NCBI GenBank assembly: GCA_009914755.4
Contig: CP068257.2
Coordinates: forward strand, 16,960,001 to 17,024,000
From: the human T2T-CHM13v2.0 reference genome, Homo sapiens
Direction: 5' to 3'
DNA: 64,000 nucleotides
The notes below the pieces were generated by a model, which did not search any database, was not told the DNA's origin, and was given only the letters and a program-made list of their open reading frames with translations. Positions 13,107 to 26,279 of the stretch are shown here, piece by piece (within the stretch, counting starts at the first letter, position 1; every line of letters starts with the position of its first letter). Position numbers and translations under genes: made by a program.

Positions 13107-16100
13107 GCTGAACTGTATTTATTAGTACACTTTTTCATACATGATTCTGAGTTAGAATTGGACAAAAGAGAAACTTGCATGAGTTGTGGAGACAGAAGGA
13201 AAGTAGCAGCTGGCATTGTCTAATGGCAAGAGGGAGGCACTAGGCACTGTTGCTACCTGCATTAGAGAGCTTCAGGGTAAACATAGAGTAGTTAAAAGTC
13301 TGACTTGCCCTTGTGAATTCTAATTTGTGCTCATGTGTTTCAGTTTTTCCTTTCTGTCTCTCACTATATACCTGGTGTTCCCAACCTTAGGTTCATAACT
13401 AGAATTGCATAGACTTTTTCACTAGTTATCACAATTGTTGAGTCTAATCACCATAATAAATCCATTATTCTATACTACTCTATACAGATTTATTGTCTTT
13501 CTGATTGAACCCTAATTTATAAACCAGTTAGAGCCTCTTTAGTCGTAACTACCATATGTTATTTGTAAAAGGCTTTGCATTCATTATTTATAAACCTTAC
13601 AATAATTCTTCAGGACAGGCATTACTATTTGTAATTTAGAGATGATAAATCTGGAAAAAGAAACATTGCTTTCCAAAGGTAAAAGAGCTAGTGAGCTGTA
13701 GAGCTTGCATTTGAACCCATGTTTTGATGATGTTTTTTACCTATGTCACCATTCTCATTACAAAAACCTTATTCATTATATATGTGATACTTTGCCGATA
13801 TACAGCATTTCCATTTGGAAGAAGTCATTTTGCACATTTTTACTGCCAACTTAAAACCATTTTTTGAAGTATGGAATGTAGAAGTGAGCTTGTAGGAGCA
13901 AAACTGTGCACCCATTTTAGAGGCCAAATAATGACAGGAGAGAATATGACCCAAAGAATATTACTTTGCATGCTGCAGTGCACTTACACACAGTAATGAA
14001 GGCTTTAATATCAGCAGGAGAGAGGAAAGTGACAATGAACATTAAAGCTGAACTCCTGCATTCTCTCTCAATGGAGCATGAAATAAGGCATGTCATCATG
14101 TCAGCGTATGCTAGGAAGGATTTGCTTAGACCCCGGTCCTTTTAGTATGGTAAGTCAGCTTCATGGTGAGTCAGATTCTCCAACATTGTGACTTTTTCAG
14201 ACCTTCTCATTTCTTCCCCTATTCAATCTTCTGCCTTCGCAGATTGACTGTGATACTAAATTGCTATCTTGTCAGGAGTATGTAGAAGACTTTCAAGTTT
14301 CTAATATAGTGGTGAAGTTTCATGAAAGGCAGATTATTATAGTGTTGCAAAAATATCATTTTGTAAGAGAGAAAAGATATTAAACCATGTTAAAAATGCA
14401 TCTTCATCTGCGCTGCTCTTCTCTAACCACGCCATATTAAATAGCATTATTATGTTAATATTCATCCTAAATTTGACTTCATATTGTGGTAACAACACTG
14501 ACTAAAAACTGCTAAAAATGATCATTTCCAAAGTACCTGATGTATATTTTATTTGTAGTAAGATTGTTACCAAGTCAGGTTAAGATACTTGAGCTTTCTA
14601 GGCCTCACTAGAAAGTGAGATTATCTAGATTATCTAGATCTGGATAATTTCAGATCTACATTCCAAGATTTACATTTTATGACCTTATTTTTCCAGCCTT
14701 TGTCTTAGTCCTTGCATAATTATTTAGCCCCTTAAAGGTCTTATGCTATGTTAATAATAGAGAAAGTATCATTTTATTTTCATTGTTTTAAGATTTCACA
14801 AATGTTGTATCTGAACAAATTAGCATAAATTCTAAGAAAGCTTATTGCAGATGAAGTTCTATTAAAAAGCAATCATTATCAAAGAAATACAATGTTTGAA
14901 GTTGAAGTATTAAAGGATTCCATGTTATTCTTTTATATTCAGCTGGCTAAATTGTTATTTCTATTCCACAGGTCTTTAAAAAACATTTTAAGGCATATTT
15001 TAATATTAAGACTTTATGCCAATTTCAGCCAACTTGGAATGTAGTCTAAATATAGGTAGAACAAGTAAAGACAGGAGAAGAGTATAAATAGGGTCTTAGA
15101 GTCTAAAATGTATATGGTTATGTTCAAGAGACAATGAAGAGATAGTTTCTCATATACAGTAGACTTCAGAACCTAATATTATTCTTCACAAAACATCAAA
15201 ATCACATGATGTTAATAAGGTGTCTTGATGGGAAGAAAAATGTTCTATGTAAGCTTATGAAATGTCCTTATTCGCATATCTATCTCACAGGTTTACAACA
15301 AACTTCAATAAAATTTCTAAGGGTATCCGCTCTAAAGAAATTTGCCTAATTTGTTTAATTACTATGATTTGCATTTGGAACCAGATTATATTGTTGACCA
15401 TATAATGCCATTTTATACCAAAAAATTAAATATACTTGGTGTCAATGGATTCATCACTATGTATAAAGCTTATTTGTGTAATAAGTCAAATAAGTAAAGA
15501 ATTATTTGAATTGTGCTTGTGTAACATTCTTATGTTAAATGCATTTTGTTTCTTTAAAAGTTCCATCCTTGAACTGCACTTTGCTTTCTTATCTAATCTA
15601 TAAATAATTAAGTTAAATAACCTAAATGATTCTCCCATTTAAGCATAGCTATTTGACAGATTTTCTTAAAAAACATCAAATATATATTACGTTTGAGGCA
15701 TATAATCCCGTAAGTGGTGGAAATATCAAGCATTTACTAAAATTAAATACCAATGGCAATTATTTTTAAACTTCTCTAAGGACCAACAAAACAAAACCTA
15801 ACAAAAAAATCTACAAACTTAATTTTGAGCCTCAGTTCAAGGTATACATTGGCGGTAGTGAGATGAACATTGATTTAGGGTATGCTGTAGAGATGGTGTT
15901 TAGTGTTTTACTGCTCACCAATTATGACAAATGCATTCTTCTTTTCTGATTTCTGAAAAAGTACATTGCTAGATATTGAATGCCTGTTTTTTTGCCTTTC
16001 AACCATACTGGAAAATGAAGTATAAAAGAACCAGAAAAGCCTGTTTCTCTTGATACTGCTTTTAAAATTTTATTTTATTTTGAGAATTCAGTGAGTACCC

Positions 16101-16147
16101 CAAATAGATAGAACACATCAGAAATGTAATAAATATGTCTTTGTTGA

Positions 16148-16412
16148 GAACAGCTTCACTGACTAGATATTTCCCCTTTTTTTAAAAAAAGTCTATTTTA
16201 TGCTACTGAATCTTTAAAATTAATAAAATACATTTCTTCATTAAGTTAGAACATTGAACATTGTCACTGAACTCATAATTCTGCATGAAATTAAATAAAA
16301 GCATGGACGTATAGAAACGCATTTCTCTGAACCCAGCTGTTTACTTGAAAGAAAGAAAATGGATCATATAACTTTCTTATCTAGTACTTACAAGGATTAA
16401 TTCTCTTTTAAA
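16148..16412. repeat. Inverted-repeat arm A (about 265 bp)
   Basis: gaacagcttcactgactagatatttcccc ... gcatggacgtatagaaacgcatttctctgaacccagctgtttacttgaaagaaagaaaatggatcatataactttcttatctagtacttacaagg ... tctcttttaaaggt is the reverse complement of 17158-17270 and 17558-17721, at about 90-95% identity by eye. Confidence 0.7.
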
Positions 16413-17157
16413 GGTATCCCAATATTTATATTTATAACAGACTCAAACATCCTGAAATAGAGCTATTCAAACAATCATGAATTCATGATTACTTAGTACA
16501 AACAAATAATTGAAGGATAATATGTATTGAAGGATATATGACATTTTTCCATACTTTTTTCCCCCACAGTTGAGTATCCAATGCTTAAGAAATATATATT
16601 TTCTGAAAGTGACCTGAATGTTTGTGTTTAGACTTGATCATTTCTAGTTTTACTTTGATTTGTTTGTTGGAGTTCAAATATGCACTATTCTAGATTTACA
16701 GTAAGTAGATCTTTCCTTTTTAATGAAATGAAAAATAATTCCCGTTCATATTACTATTTGTTTTTAGATATGGTCAAAACTCTTTGACACTTTTAAAATA
16801 TTGCCTTAAAATAAAAGAAAGAGACTTAAAAGCTGTGTTTCAAAGTATCCAAACTTCAGATAGTAGCTTACTAAATTTTGTTTCACCATAAGAGTTATAA
16901 TTGAATAGCTAATGTGATTTTTTATAACCAGATTGCAGATATACAGCATTGGAGTGATAAGGGCCAGATGCTATCTGAACAGCAGGTCTTCAGTGAGAAA
17001 AATTAGCTCAGCTTCTGTGGTCTTTGTTTTTCAGTCAGAACACATTCACATCACAGCTGGGATTCATACTGGTCTGCTTGTTTCTGGTAGTCTTCCTGCC
17101 CTTTCTACTTTAAAGAGAGAAACATATTGACCAGAAACCAACATGCTTACAGGGGTT

Positions 17158-17721
17158 TGACCTTTAAAAGAGAATGAAACCTTGTAAGCACTGGATAAGA
17201 AAGTTATATGATCCGTTTTCGTTCTTTCAAGTAAACAGCTGGGTTCAGAGAAATGTATTTCTATACGTCAAGCAGCACTTAGGACTCATTTTGGACCTCA
17301 AAAGTAAATCATAACATTTTGATATGTTGAAGGACCTTGGACAATTACCTAAAACTTAAAATAAATTACTAACTCTTTTATTAGGAAAAATACTTAACAA
17401 TCTTTGGATTCGCCGTTTAAGACAAACTTTCTCCTCTACTTTTCAATTTAAGAATATAAAGACTTGATTGCAGTAACAAAGTTAGGAAAATGTGAATACA
17501 TATTATACCTCCAAGTATGAAAACTCAAGTGAAATCAGTGAACAAAATAGTTTGGTCCATGCTTTTATTTAATTTCGTACAGAATTATGAGTTCAGTGAC
17601 AATGTTCAATGTTCTAACTTAATGAAGAAATGTATTTTATTAATTTTAAAGATTCAGTAGCATAAAATAGACTTTTTAAAAACTAAAGAGGAAATTACTT
17701 ATCTAGTCAGTGAAGCTGTTC
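17158..17721. repeat. Inverted-repeat arm B, split by a roughly 287-bp unmatched insert (17271-17557)
   Basis: gacctttaaaagagaatgaaaccttgtaagcactggataagaaagttatatgatccgttttcgttctttcaagtaaacagctgggttcagagaaatgtatttctatacgtca (17158-17270), then ccatgcttttatttaatttcgtacagaattatgagttcagtgacaatgttcaatgttctaacttaatgaagaaatg ... ctagtcagtgaagctgttc (17558-17721). Together these form the reverse complement of arm A. Confidence 0.7.
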
Positions 17722-20700
17722 TATATGATCATTGGATATATTTGCTATATAGACTCAAATTAAATTTCTTTGGAAATATTTGAATATAGTCTTCCCATAT
17801 CAGAACATAAAAGTGCTAAATTCATTCTAATAACTGTGTATTATTATGTAAAGAGATTATTGTAAATCCTTTTTTCACTTACAGTAAATGTCTGGAAATG
17901 TCTGTCTTCTTTTCTGTTTCAGTGCTTATTATCATCTTCAAATACCAGTAACTTTCAACGAAGGACATATATCCCCTCCGTGTTGAAGCATGATTCCCAA
18001 TGTTGGAAGACATTCTTGGGATTTTAACACAAAACTGTATTTTAAACCCATACCTAAGTGGAATCTACTTTTGCCTTTGTCCTGTTGTGCTACAATTTGT
18101 TACTTCCAATTCCTTCCTCTACAACAGCTAGAATGACATTTTAATGAGGGTGATTTTGATCACATCACATTTTTGTTACTATCTTCTATTTTTTTTTTTA
18201 AATATCCAAAATCTGTAAGCGGCTCTACTATGTCCCGAAGAAAACTATCTTTGCACACCATCCTCCTTTACTCCCAGAATAACAATCATGCCAGAATGTC
18301 ATTTTTTTTCCTTAAAATTTTTCATAGTCCCATTTGGCTTATGGCTTTTTCACATGATTTTTTTCCTCCCTGAAACTCTGTTAAAAAAACATTTTATTTG
18401 CCCAAGAGCTACTTGATTTCCCTCAGTTTAAATGCTATTTCCTCCAAAAAGGCTTTGATCCTCACTTCAGTGACTATATGAAAGCATGAATATTTCTTCA
18501 AAACCATTTCAGTTTTCTTGTATTTGGGGCACATGGTGAGATTATAGTATTCTGTCTTAAAGAGTATAGGCATCATCATGAAGCTTACTGAGATTTTAGA
18601 CTTTTACTTCTTACCTGGAATTATTATTTAATTTTATTCAGTTTCACAAGCAAAGATTTGATCACCACTAGATTCACCTCCCTAATAAGTTTTACTATCA
18701 TATTATGGCACAATAATTTTTATTATGGCATGATAATTTTTACTTATTGGGTAATTGCTTGTGATATTTGCAGAATGCTGATGTCCAAAATCATCATGTT
18801 TTGCAGAGTCCAATAAAATATGGTAGATTGGGTATAAGAGGACACAAAATTGCACAGATTCTGAAAGTTGGGTATCTGTCCAATGAAACGGAGTTACTAC
18901 CAGATAGAATCTAGCTTCCTAGTATACCAGCCTCTCTACCAACAACTGGTCAAAAATATACAAATGTTTAGAGGCTTACATTTGAATTAATCACTAGCAT
19001 TAGAAAACCGATGATTGCCTGTAATAATAAATTAACCTGTAAAAGCATCTCTAAGGAAAGCGTAGTCAGTGAAGAGAGTAAGAGAAATAAATAAGCATCT
19101 ATGTCTACTGAGATAGCTAATTATTATACTTATGGGAGAAAGACATTAAAGCAGCTGGCCTATAATCTATTAGCATCCTTGAAATTAGCATCCCTGAAAT
19201 TACTGGTAAAGATCTCTGTTTAGTGTAATTTTGATTTACTGATCTGATTCATTGTGTCAGCTGAGCTCTCATGAAGGAATAAAAGGTTTATAAAATGAGA
19301 AAAACATTTTAATGGTAATTTACACCATGATGACTTAAAATAATGAAAAATTTGGAGGATAAAATTGTTAAAATCTCTAAGAAAATAGAAAAACATAAAA
19401 ATAAGAGATAACAAGTAAAATTAGAGGATTAATACAAGAAGTGTAAAACCTTCCTGGAGATACTTTCTGTACTTCTACTTCCAGTAGAAGTAGATAAGGA
19501 GAAACAACAGACAAAAGAGAAGGAATTATCAAAGAAATACTGTATTAAAATTTCAGAACAGAACACATGTATCATCAAATTAAAAGGAGCCCTGATTTTT
19601 TTTATTTTTTTATTACGAGCACAAAATTTTACTATTTATTTATTATTAGCACATTTTTTAAGTCTGTATGTTATCCTGTTTTTTTTTAAGTTTCTCATCA
19701 CAGAGAAAGATAGTATGCTACTGCTGAAATACATCAGTAGTGACCTCAAACCATCTCTCCAGGCACATAAAGCAAAAAATTGAAGGCAGTACTCAAACTT
19801 GTGCTACCTAGAAGCATCATGGATTTTTGTCTGCTGCTGTATATTCAATTTTGATTAGATAGGCATTAGCATATAACATTCATAGCATCAAAAAATTCAT
19901 GAAAATGAGTTAAAATGTCAGCCACACAACTATCTAAATGTTAGAACTATAACATCTAGCATGGTTATCTTGGAATGTCAGCATGAATTTTTTACTCTAA
20001 AAAGTACTCCAAAAAACTTTCACAATGTTAAATTCAACATTTAATGTAAAAGATTTATGTGTGCAGCAATGCATTGGAATCATCCTGTCGAAAGGGCTCT
20101 CTTTCAACCCTTCTGAAGGTGAGAAAGTGAATGGGGCTCACTTTTGGCTACAGCTGGTGCTGCGCTCAGCTCTCTGATATTATTTTGCTCTGTGGTCAAA
20201 AAGCAGAAGCATGAAGCATGCCCAAGCCAGCAAACTGAAGTGCAGTATGAACTGTTTAAATTTCTCTCTTCAGATATGTCTATTCAACCACCACTTGGAT
20301 GTCTAGGCTATCAGATACTTTTCCGCGGCTGCCTGTTTGGTTTTGTTGTAAACATTTAGTAGTTCCTGGTAGGTATGGTAGTTTCTGTTGAGCACACTTG
20401 CTTTGTTGAGTCCTGGAGAGGATACTGATAGTTCAGTTTGTCCTGATATGTTGTTTTTAGTGATCCACACATGTTTACGGATGTCTCAGGCAGTTGTCAG
20501 AGTTCTACTTTATGCAGCAATATAATCCTAAAGACAGAGAGCCATCTATCTAACAAGTTATAAGATCTTCTGAAGTTTTAGATTTCAGTTTGTCCTAAAA
20601 TGATTTAAAAAATTAGTTCATGGCTCATTCTACATCTCTGCATCCTGACCTGCTAGATTGGAAATGATAGCCTTGTTGGAAATTATTAAAAAGAAAAAAG

Positions 20701-22691
20701 TGACACAATCATTTGCCTCTCCAGTGGGAAGCATGAAATCTTCATATTTTTCATGTCCTTTTAATTTTGCCCCAAATCACCTTAGACATTGTGATATTTA
20801 TATCTAATAGAAAATTCCAATACTGATGCCAATCTGAGCTAACACATAGGATTATAATGCCCTATCAGACTTATGCAAATCAGAGATCTGTTCCAGTCTG
20901 AATTAAGCTTCACTAAATATCAAAGAAGTAGGCAATTAAGAAGCTGAGGAAAAGCAAAGAGATGTGTAGATATTGAAAAAAAATCTCTACATCTTGCTTC
21001 TCATGTTGGGCATATCCCTCTGGTGCAGAATAATTAAGGTGTCTAATGAAGTCTGCAGAATTCCATGCACCCTCAGGTATGTTGAAACTATGAAACCTTT
21101 CTATGTGTCAGCCAAGAGACTTGTATAGCTTAGGATACATTTTCCAGGGGGCCACAGCTCACAGATCCTTGGATCTATTTATTATATGTATTCTAAATTG
21201 GGACCATTCTTCCAAGGGGTTTTGTGGAAGAGCCATGTATGCAAAGAGATCTCCAACACAGAAGGAACCAAGAAACCAAAAGCAAGGCAGACAAATCCAG
21301 TTTGTTGGTAAAAAGCAATTTATTTGGGAAATTGTGAACAGAAGTGTGGTCTTGGAGAGCAAGGCCAGTAGATATCTGCACCATTACTTCCCAGACCCAG
21401 GGCTTTTTTCCACTGGGAAAAGGTATACGTGATCTATAGACATAATTGAAGGCAACTTCCTGAACAGGCAAGAATGCTATGTGCATCATGGTCTACAATT
21501 TGTGTGATAACATCAAGATTGCTCTGACCTGAGGACAGGATTTTATAGTTAGTACATGTTTAGACTAAGGACAGTAAACAAAGTTGGAAGCAGAGGGCAT
21601 TCCCAGGGCTGATGTTATTCAGAAGTCAACATGGTGGATTATCATCCAAGATGGAGTCACTTTAGCCACCACATAAGGACTTTGCAGAAATAAGTTTAAA
21701 ATGTCTTCTGAAGTGATACTGTGTTCCCATACTACTAGCAGGAATTTTTCTGTACCAATATGGTAATAATTCCAAGATATGTGAACTAAATATAAGTACA
21801 AAGAGAATTACTAGTGAAGTCTCAAAAGGAATATTCTGGCTGGTTTTGTAGTCTAGGGAGCAACCTATAGAAATATATATTTTTACTTGCCCTCTAAGTC
21901 AATATGTTTATTAAAAATGGTGTAATATAAAAAAGTTATAATCCTTCCTTTGAAATGTCTCAAATTTATTCAGTCAAACTCTATGTTAAGTGCAGATAAA
22001 TCTGTGATCAGGTATTCACTTGTTTGCCTGTCAGATTCTTCTTCACTATCTTGTTTTTATGTTCTATGTCTTACAGAAGAAAAAGAGGAATGATAAGTCA
22101 TACTAGGAAGCAGTGGCTTTTCCTAGTGTTTATACAAATTGCTCAAGATTCTGGTTTCAGATGCTCTATCAAGTTCACCATGGGGAACCTGATAAGATGG
22201 TTATGTCAATGAGAGCAGCCTTTGGCCTCTTCTAATGAGATTCATTCCATCTCCCAGAGCAAATTGACATGAATATTTTCAAATGCTTATATGTTATTTC
22301 CTGTTGTAGAATTGCCTATAGGAGCTGGTATTTATAGGAACAAAGGATTTTTTTAAGTGATTTAATTTTTCATTGGAAGTTGTCTGCTCCCATTACCAGT
22401 AAGAGACAGAACCATCTCTTAGGTCTCAGGGAGGACTGCAAAATAAAGCAGTAATTTTTAAAAACAAGTTACATAACTGTTTTCATACCTTTCAAAGTAT
22501 GAAAGCAAAGTTCAAAGGAATTTAAAGCAGGTAAGAAAATCACAACATATAAATTTTCCTGAATCTTTATTTTTCACCGTAATGGCTATGAGAACCACAC
22601 AGAAATGAACAAAAGACATGGAGCATGTTTAGATATTTAATGAAACAAGAATAGGAAAACCCTGGAGATTACTTGCTTCTGAATCATTGCC

Positions 22692-22806
22692 TTAAGCAAC
22701 ATAAAGTTACAGAAAATTAAAAAAAAATCTTTAAGCAACATAAAGTTACAGAAAATAAAAAAAAATCTTTAAGCAACATAAAGTTACAGAAAATAAAAAA
22801 AAATCG
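22692..22806 (+). repeat. Tandem repeat, 38-39-bp unit x3 (minisatellite-like)
   Basis: ttaagcaacataaagttacagaaaat(t)aaaaaaaaatct repeated three times head to tail (22692-22730, 22731-22768, 22769-22806). The third copy diverges at its end (atcgaacc). Confidence 0.85.
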
Positions 22807-25166
22807 AACCACCAATTGTCCTCTTTAGTTATCTTCTCTCTGTTAATTAAGGTCTCTAATGAAGTCTCATAAACAAATCAAGTTGGCCTTCTTAGACAGT
22901 TCCTATAAGGCGATCCCCAACTCTAACCCCATGTCTGGATTCTGGAAAGCAACACCTATCACATGAATACTAATGTAATACTGGTGCATCCGTTCAGTGG
23001 TATTCTTAAACTTCATACTATTATATTGTGCTAAGCCCCAAGAACTTTCATATACATATCCTACAGAGTAGCCAGTTCCTTCACCAGCAACAATCAACAA
23101 AATAAAACACTTCCCTTTAATCATCAAAAAGATGTAATATCTCAGCAACAAAAGAGTGCATGCAGCGCCTTTATATAAGACCACAAGTTGAAGATTCACA
23201 AAAAGCATTAGCATCTTTACATAAAAACCATCTCTGTCTTAGTTTGTGTTCTACACAAACAGTCCCTAAGACAAGAGTTTAAGAGCAATTAAATTTTTGG
23301 GAGGTAATCTTAGGAAACATTGCTACAGTAAGACCAATTGAGAAGGGAAAAATAAGGAAGACAATAAATAATATATTGTCAAGGAAGTTACCCACTCTGG
23401 GCAACTGAAGGTTAATCCTATTGGGAAAACTTGAGAGATATTGTAGAACACAGGAGTCAGAGATTTTTTTTTTTTGCCTTGGGGACACATTTGCTATTTA
23501 TTCACCACCTTCCATGGACCTTCTTTGAGGGCTGCTGTTGAGAGGTGCTAATTGTGTAACATATTCAGCTTGCCCTATACACAGGCATGGCAGGCTCTGG
23601 TGCCTGAAGTAATAACTCAGTGAGAATTTAAAGTAGGGCTGAGATGATCCGAAATGGTAAGAATTGAGGAGTATCAGGTTGGCACAACAGCGTCTTCTAA
23701 ATCACCTCTTGGGAATCTAAGATTTAAAGCGTGTATGGCCTAGCGTAAGATTTATAATGTTAATATATGCTTGTTTTCTTTGGACCAAACTGGCACATGA
23801 GGATAGAGAATTTATTTACAACTGAATACAAAATTGACATCCATCCCGCCACCGCCAAAAGAGGAGGAAGATGTGGCAGCTCAAAAACATTATGTGTCTG
23901 AGACAGACAGGAGGTGGCCAAGTTGATTTGCTGACAGAAATTTTAATACCCTTTGTTATATTGAACTCTGTTTCAGTATGCTAGCTTAGATCATCATATT
24001 TCCCCTTTCCCGAATCTATTTCATCTGCCATAAAATCTCCCTCAATGGCTTTAACCAAGAGGAATTTAGATGACTGTAATCAGCCCTAATTTTCAAATAT
24101 AATGCTAGGCCACTTGTTGGCCAAGAATGAATTTGTCCAAAATAAACATTGCTGTAAACATCATAAGTCCAGTTTTAGCAGTACTGTCAAACAGCTTACC
24201 ACTGTGGAGGTACAGGATGCGCTATTGCCAACATTGCATGCAAAATTTTAGGGCCCTACTTCATCAGTAGCTTATACCATTTTAAGTCTTAAGTTTTAAA
24301 TATTCTGCAGATAAGTTGCAACATCTTACTTTGGTTTTAATTTATATTTCTCAGCTTAATAAGGAGTTTGAACCCTTTTTATATGTCTGAGTGTTTGTAT
24401 TAATCTTTTAATAAAGTGTCTATCTAAATTTCTTGTTCATATTTTTTAATTGGGTTGTCTGCCACAATTATTATTAATTGACAATAATTTATTTATACAA
24501 ATATAATTAAATGTATTAGAAGTGATCACTTCCATTCCTTAGATTACAGTTTCTCTCAATTATGCCATTTTTAAATTACAAATCCTTATTTCTTTATTTT
24601 AATACCGTTTAGTTATTTTTATCATTTATTTTATGGTCAGTACATCTGGATCCTGTTTAAGAAATAGTTCCCAACCAATAACAGAAAGCTAATGTCCTAC
24701 AAAATTATTTAGAAACTATGATGTTTTACCTTTATATTATTTGTCTAGGATTGATTTTGTGTATTGCATAAGGTGGCAGAGGTCGCTGGTGCCTGTTTCC
24801 AAACTTGCTGCATCACTGTCATCCTAGGACTGATATTGATGGCTGATGTTTATCCTTTCATCAATCTCAGGTTTTCTTTCTTAGCTTAAGCCCTTAGTAG
24901 ATAGCTTTAAGCCTCTTCCCAAGAAATAATTCATGGGAAATAAATTTAATGAACTGCTGCCTGGATTAAGTACCTAGATTTATTTTTTAAAAACCTGTCC
25001 CTTTAGAATATTAAAGTTATTAATCTATGTCTTCTAGAAAGTGATTTAGATATTGGAAAAAATAATTCCATTGAATTTTGTTTCTGTTTGGTTGATATGA
25101 TTTTAACCCTTTCTAGAAATATACTTATATTCCAAAATTTTACTATTATGAGCTTTATATTTGTTT

Positions 25167-25400
25167 GTTTTTTTTTTTTTTTTGCTGGATCTTTTTTTTT
25201 TAAGTTTTTTTTTCTTTTATTATTATACTTTAAGTTTTAGGGTACATGTGCACATTGTGCAGGTTAGTTACATATGTATACATGTGCCATGCTGGTGCGC
25301 TGCACCCACTAACTCATCGTCTAGCATTAGGTATATCTCCCAATGCTATCCCTCCCCCCTGCCCCCACCCCACAACAGTCCCCAGAGTGTGGTGTTCCCT
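25167..25400 (-). mobile_element. L1 3'-end fragment (L1PA-like 3'UTR), severely 5'-truncated
   Basis: T-rich tract at 25167-25214 (poly-A tail complement), then ttattattatactttaagttttagggtacatgtgcacattgtgcaggttagttacatatgtatacatgtgccatgctggtgcgctgcacccactaactc ... gcattaggtatatctcccaatgctatccctcccccctgcccccaccccacaacagtcccc. This is the well-known reverse complement of the young-L1 3'UTR terminus. Confidence 0.8.
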
Positions 25401-26279
25401 AATTTTCCAGGAAGCTTGGAATTATTTGAAAATTCTGCCCTTTAGCTCTAAGGATTTTATTTATTTATATAATTTATAATTTATTGTTATTTATTTTCTC
25501 TTTCAGTGATCTATAATTGAATAACAAATTTCCATTTTTTTCTGAATTTGGGGAATTAAGAGTTCATTCTTCTGATAAAGCAAAATAAATTACAATATAC
25601 TCATTTTTCTTTTAAGATTCAGACGATGCAAATAAAAGTTAGATGAAATTTACAGCAAAATAAAATAGAAAAAATTAACGTGTTTATACTGTTGTTCAAC
25701 TGTTCAGATTTCTAGTTTTGTACTATGTATTCTTTATTATCAACATACTAGAATATGATGTAATTCAAGAACATTTCATACATAATCACTTTGATAAAAA
25801 AGGAGATTGGCAAGAGCATAAAAATATTTAAAACACTAGATTAATGAATCCAAAGCTACATAAAGATCTTATAATAACAGTAGTAAACATTTTGAGAAAT
25901 GTGTAGAAACTCCTAACTGAAGGGTTTTATAACCAATATGTTATAACTAATATAAAAGCAATATGTTGCTAATAGACAGCCATACTTCACACTAAGTTCT
26001 CTAATGGGATAACTTGCAGGATTCATAATTTAACAACAGATTGAAAAAGGAAAATTTTTAGATTCAGTAGCAAACATTTTGGATTTCTCAACAACACTTT
26101 CTCCCTAAATTGCTGTGAAATACATTATTCATCAATACCTAGATCCAGAAATATTCACTGAGGGCCTGTAGTGGCAGGTAGTGAATTTATTGAGGCAACC
26201 CATGCAAAGTGCACCCACAGAGCCTGTGATGTGAGGGGGATTTAAACATAAGTTGCCCTCACTCTACTTCTTAAAAATA

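Noticed and set aside
21103-21489. 109-aa plus-strand ORF overlapped by two minus-strand ORFs (67 and 98 aa).
   Set aside because: Mutually overlapping ORFs in several frames indicate a locally stop-codon-poor (GC-richer) stretch rather than coding sequence. No splice, start or poly(A) context is present.
22692-22806. Possible CRISPR-like array (direct repeats of about 38 bp).
   Set aside because: The repeats are directly adjacent with no unique spacers, there is no leader or cas context, and the host is clearly a primate genome. It is a minisatellite.
25161-25479. 94-aa and 77-aa ORFs rich in F and L.
   Set aside because: Translation of the poly-T tract and the L1 3'UTR terminus.
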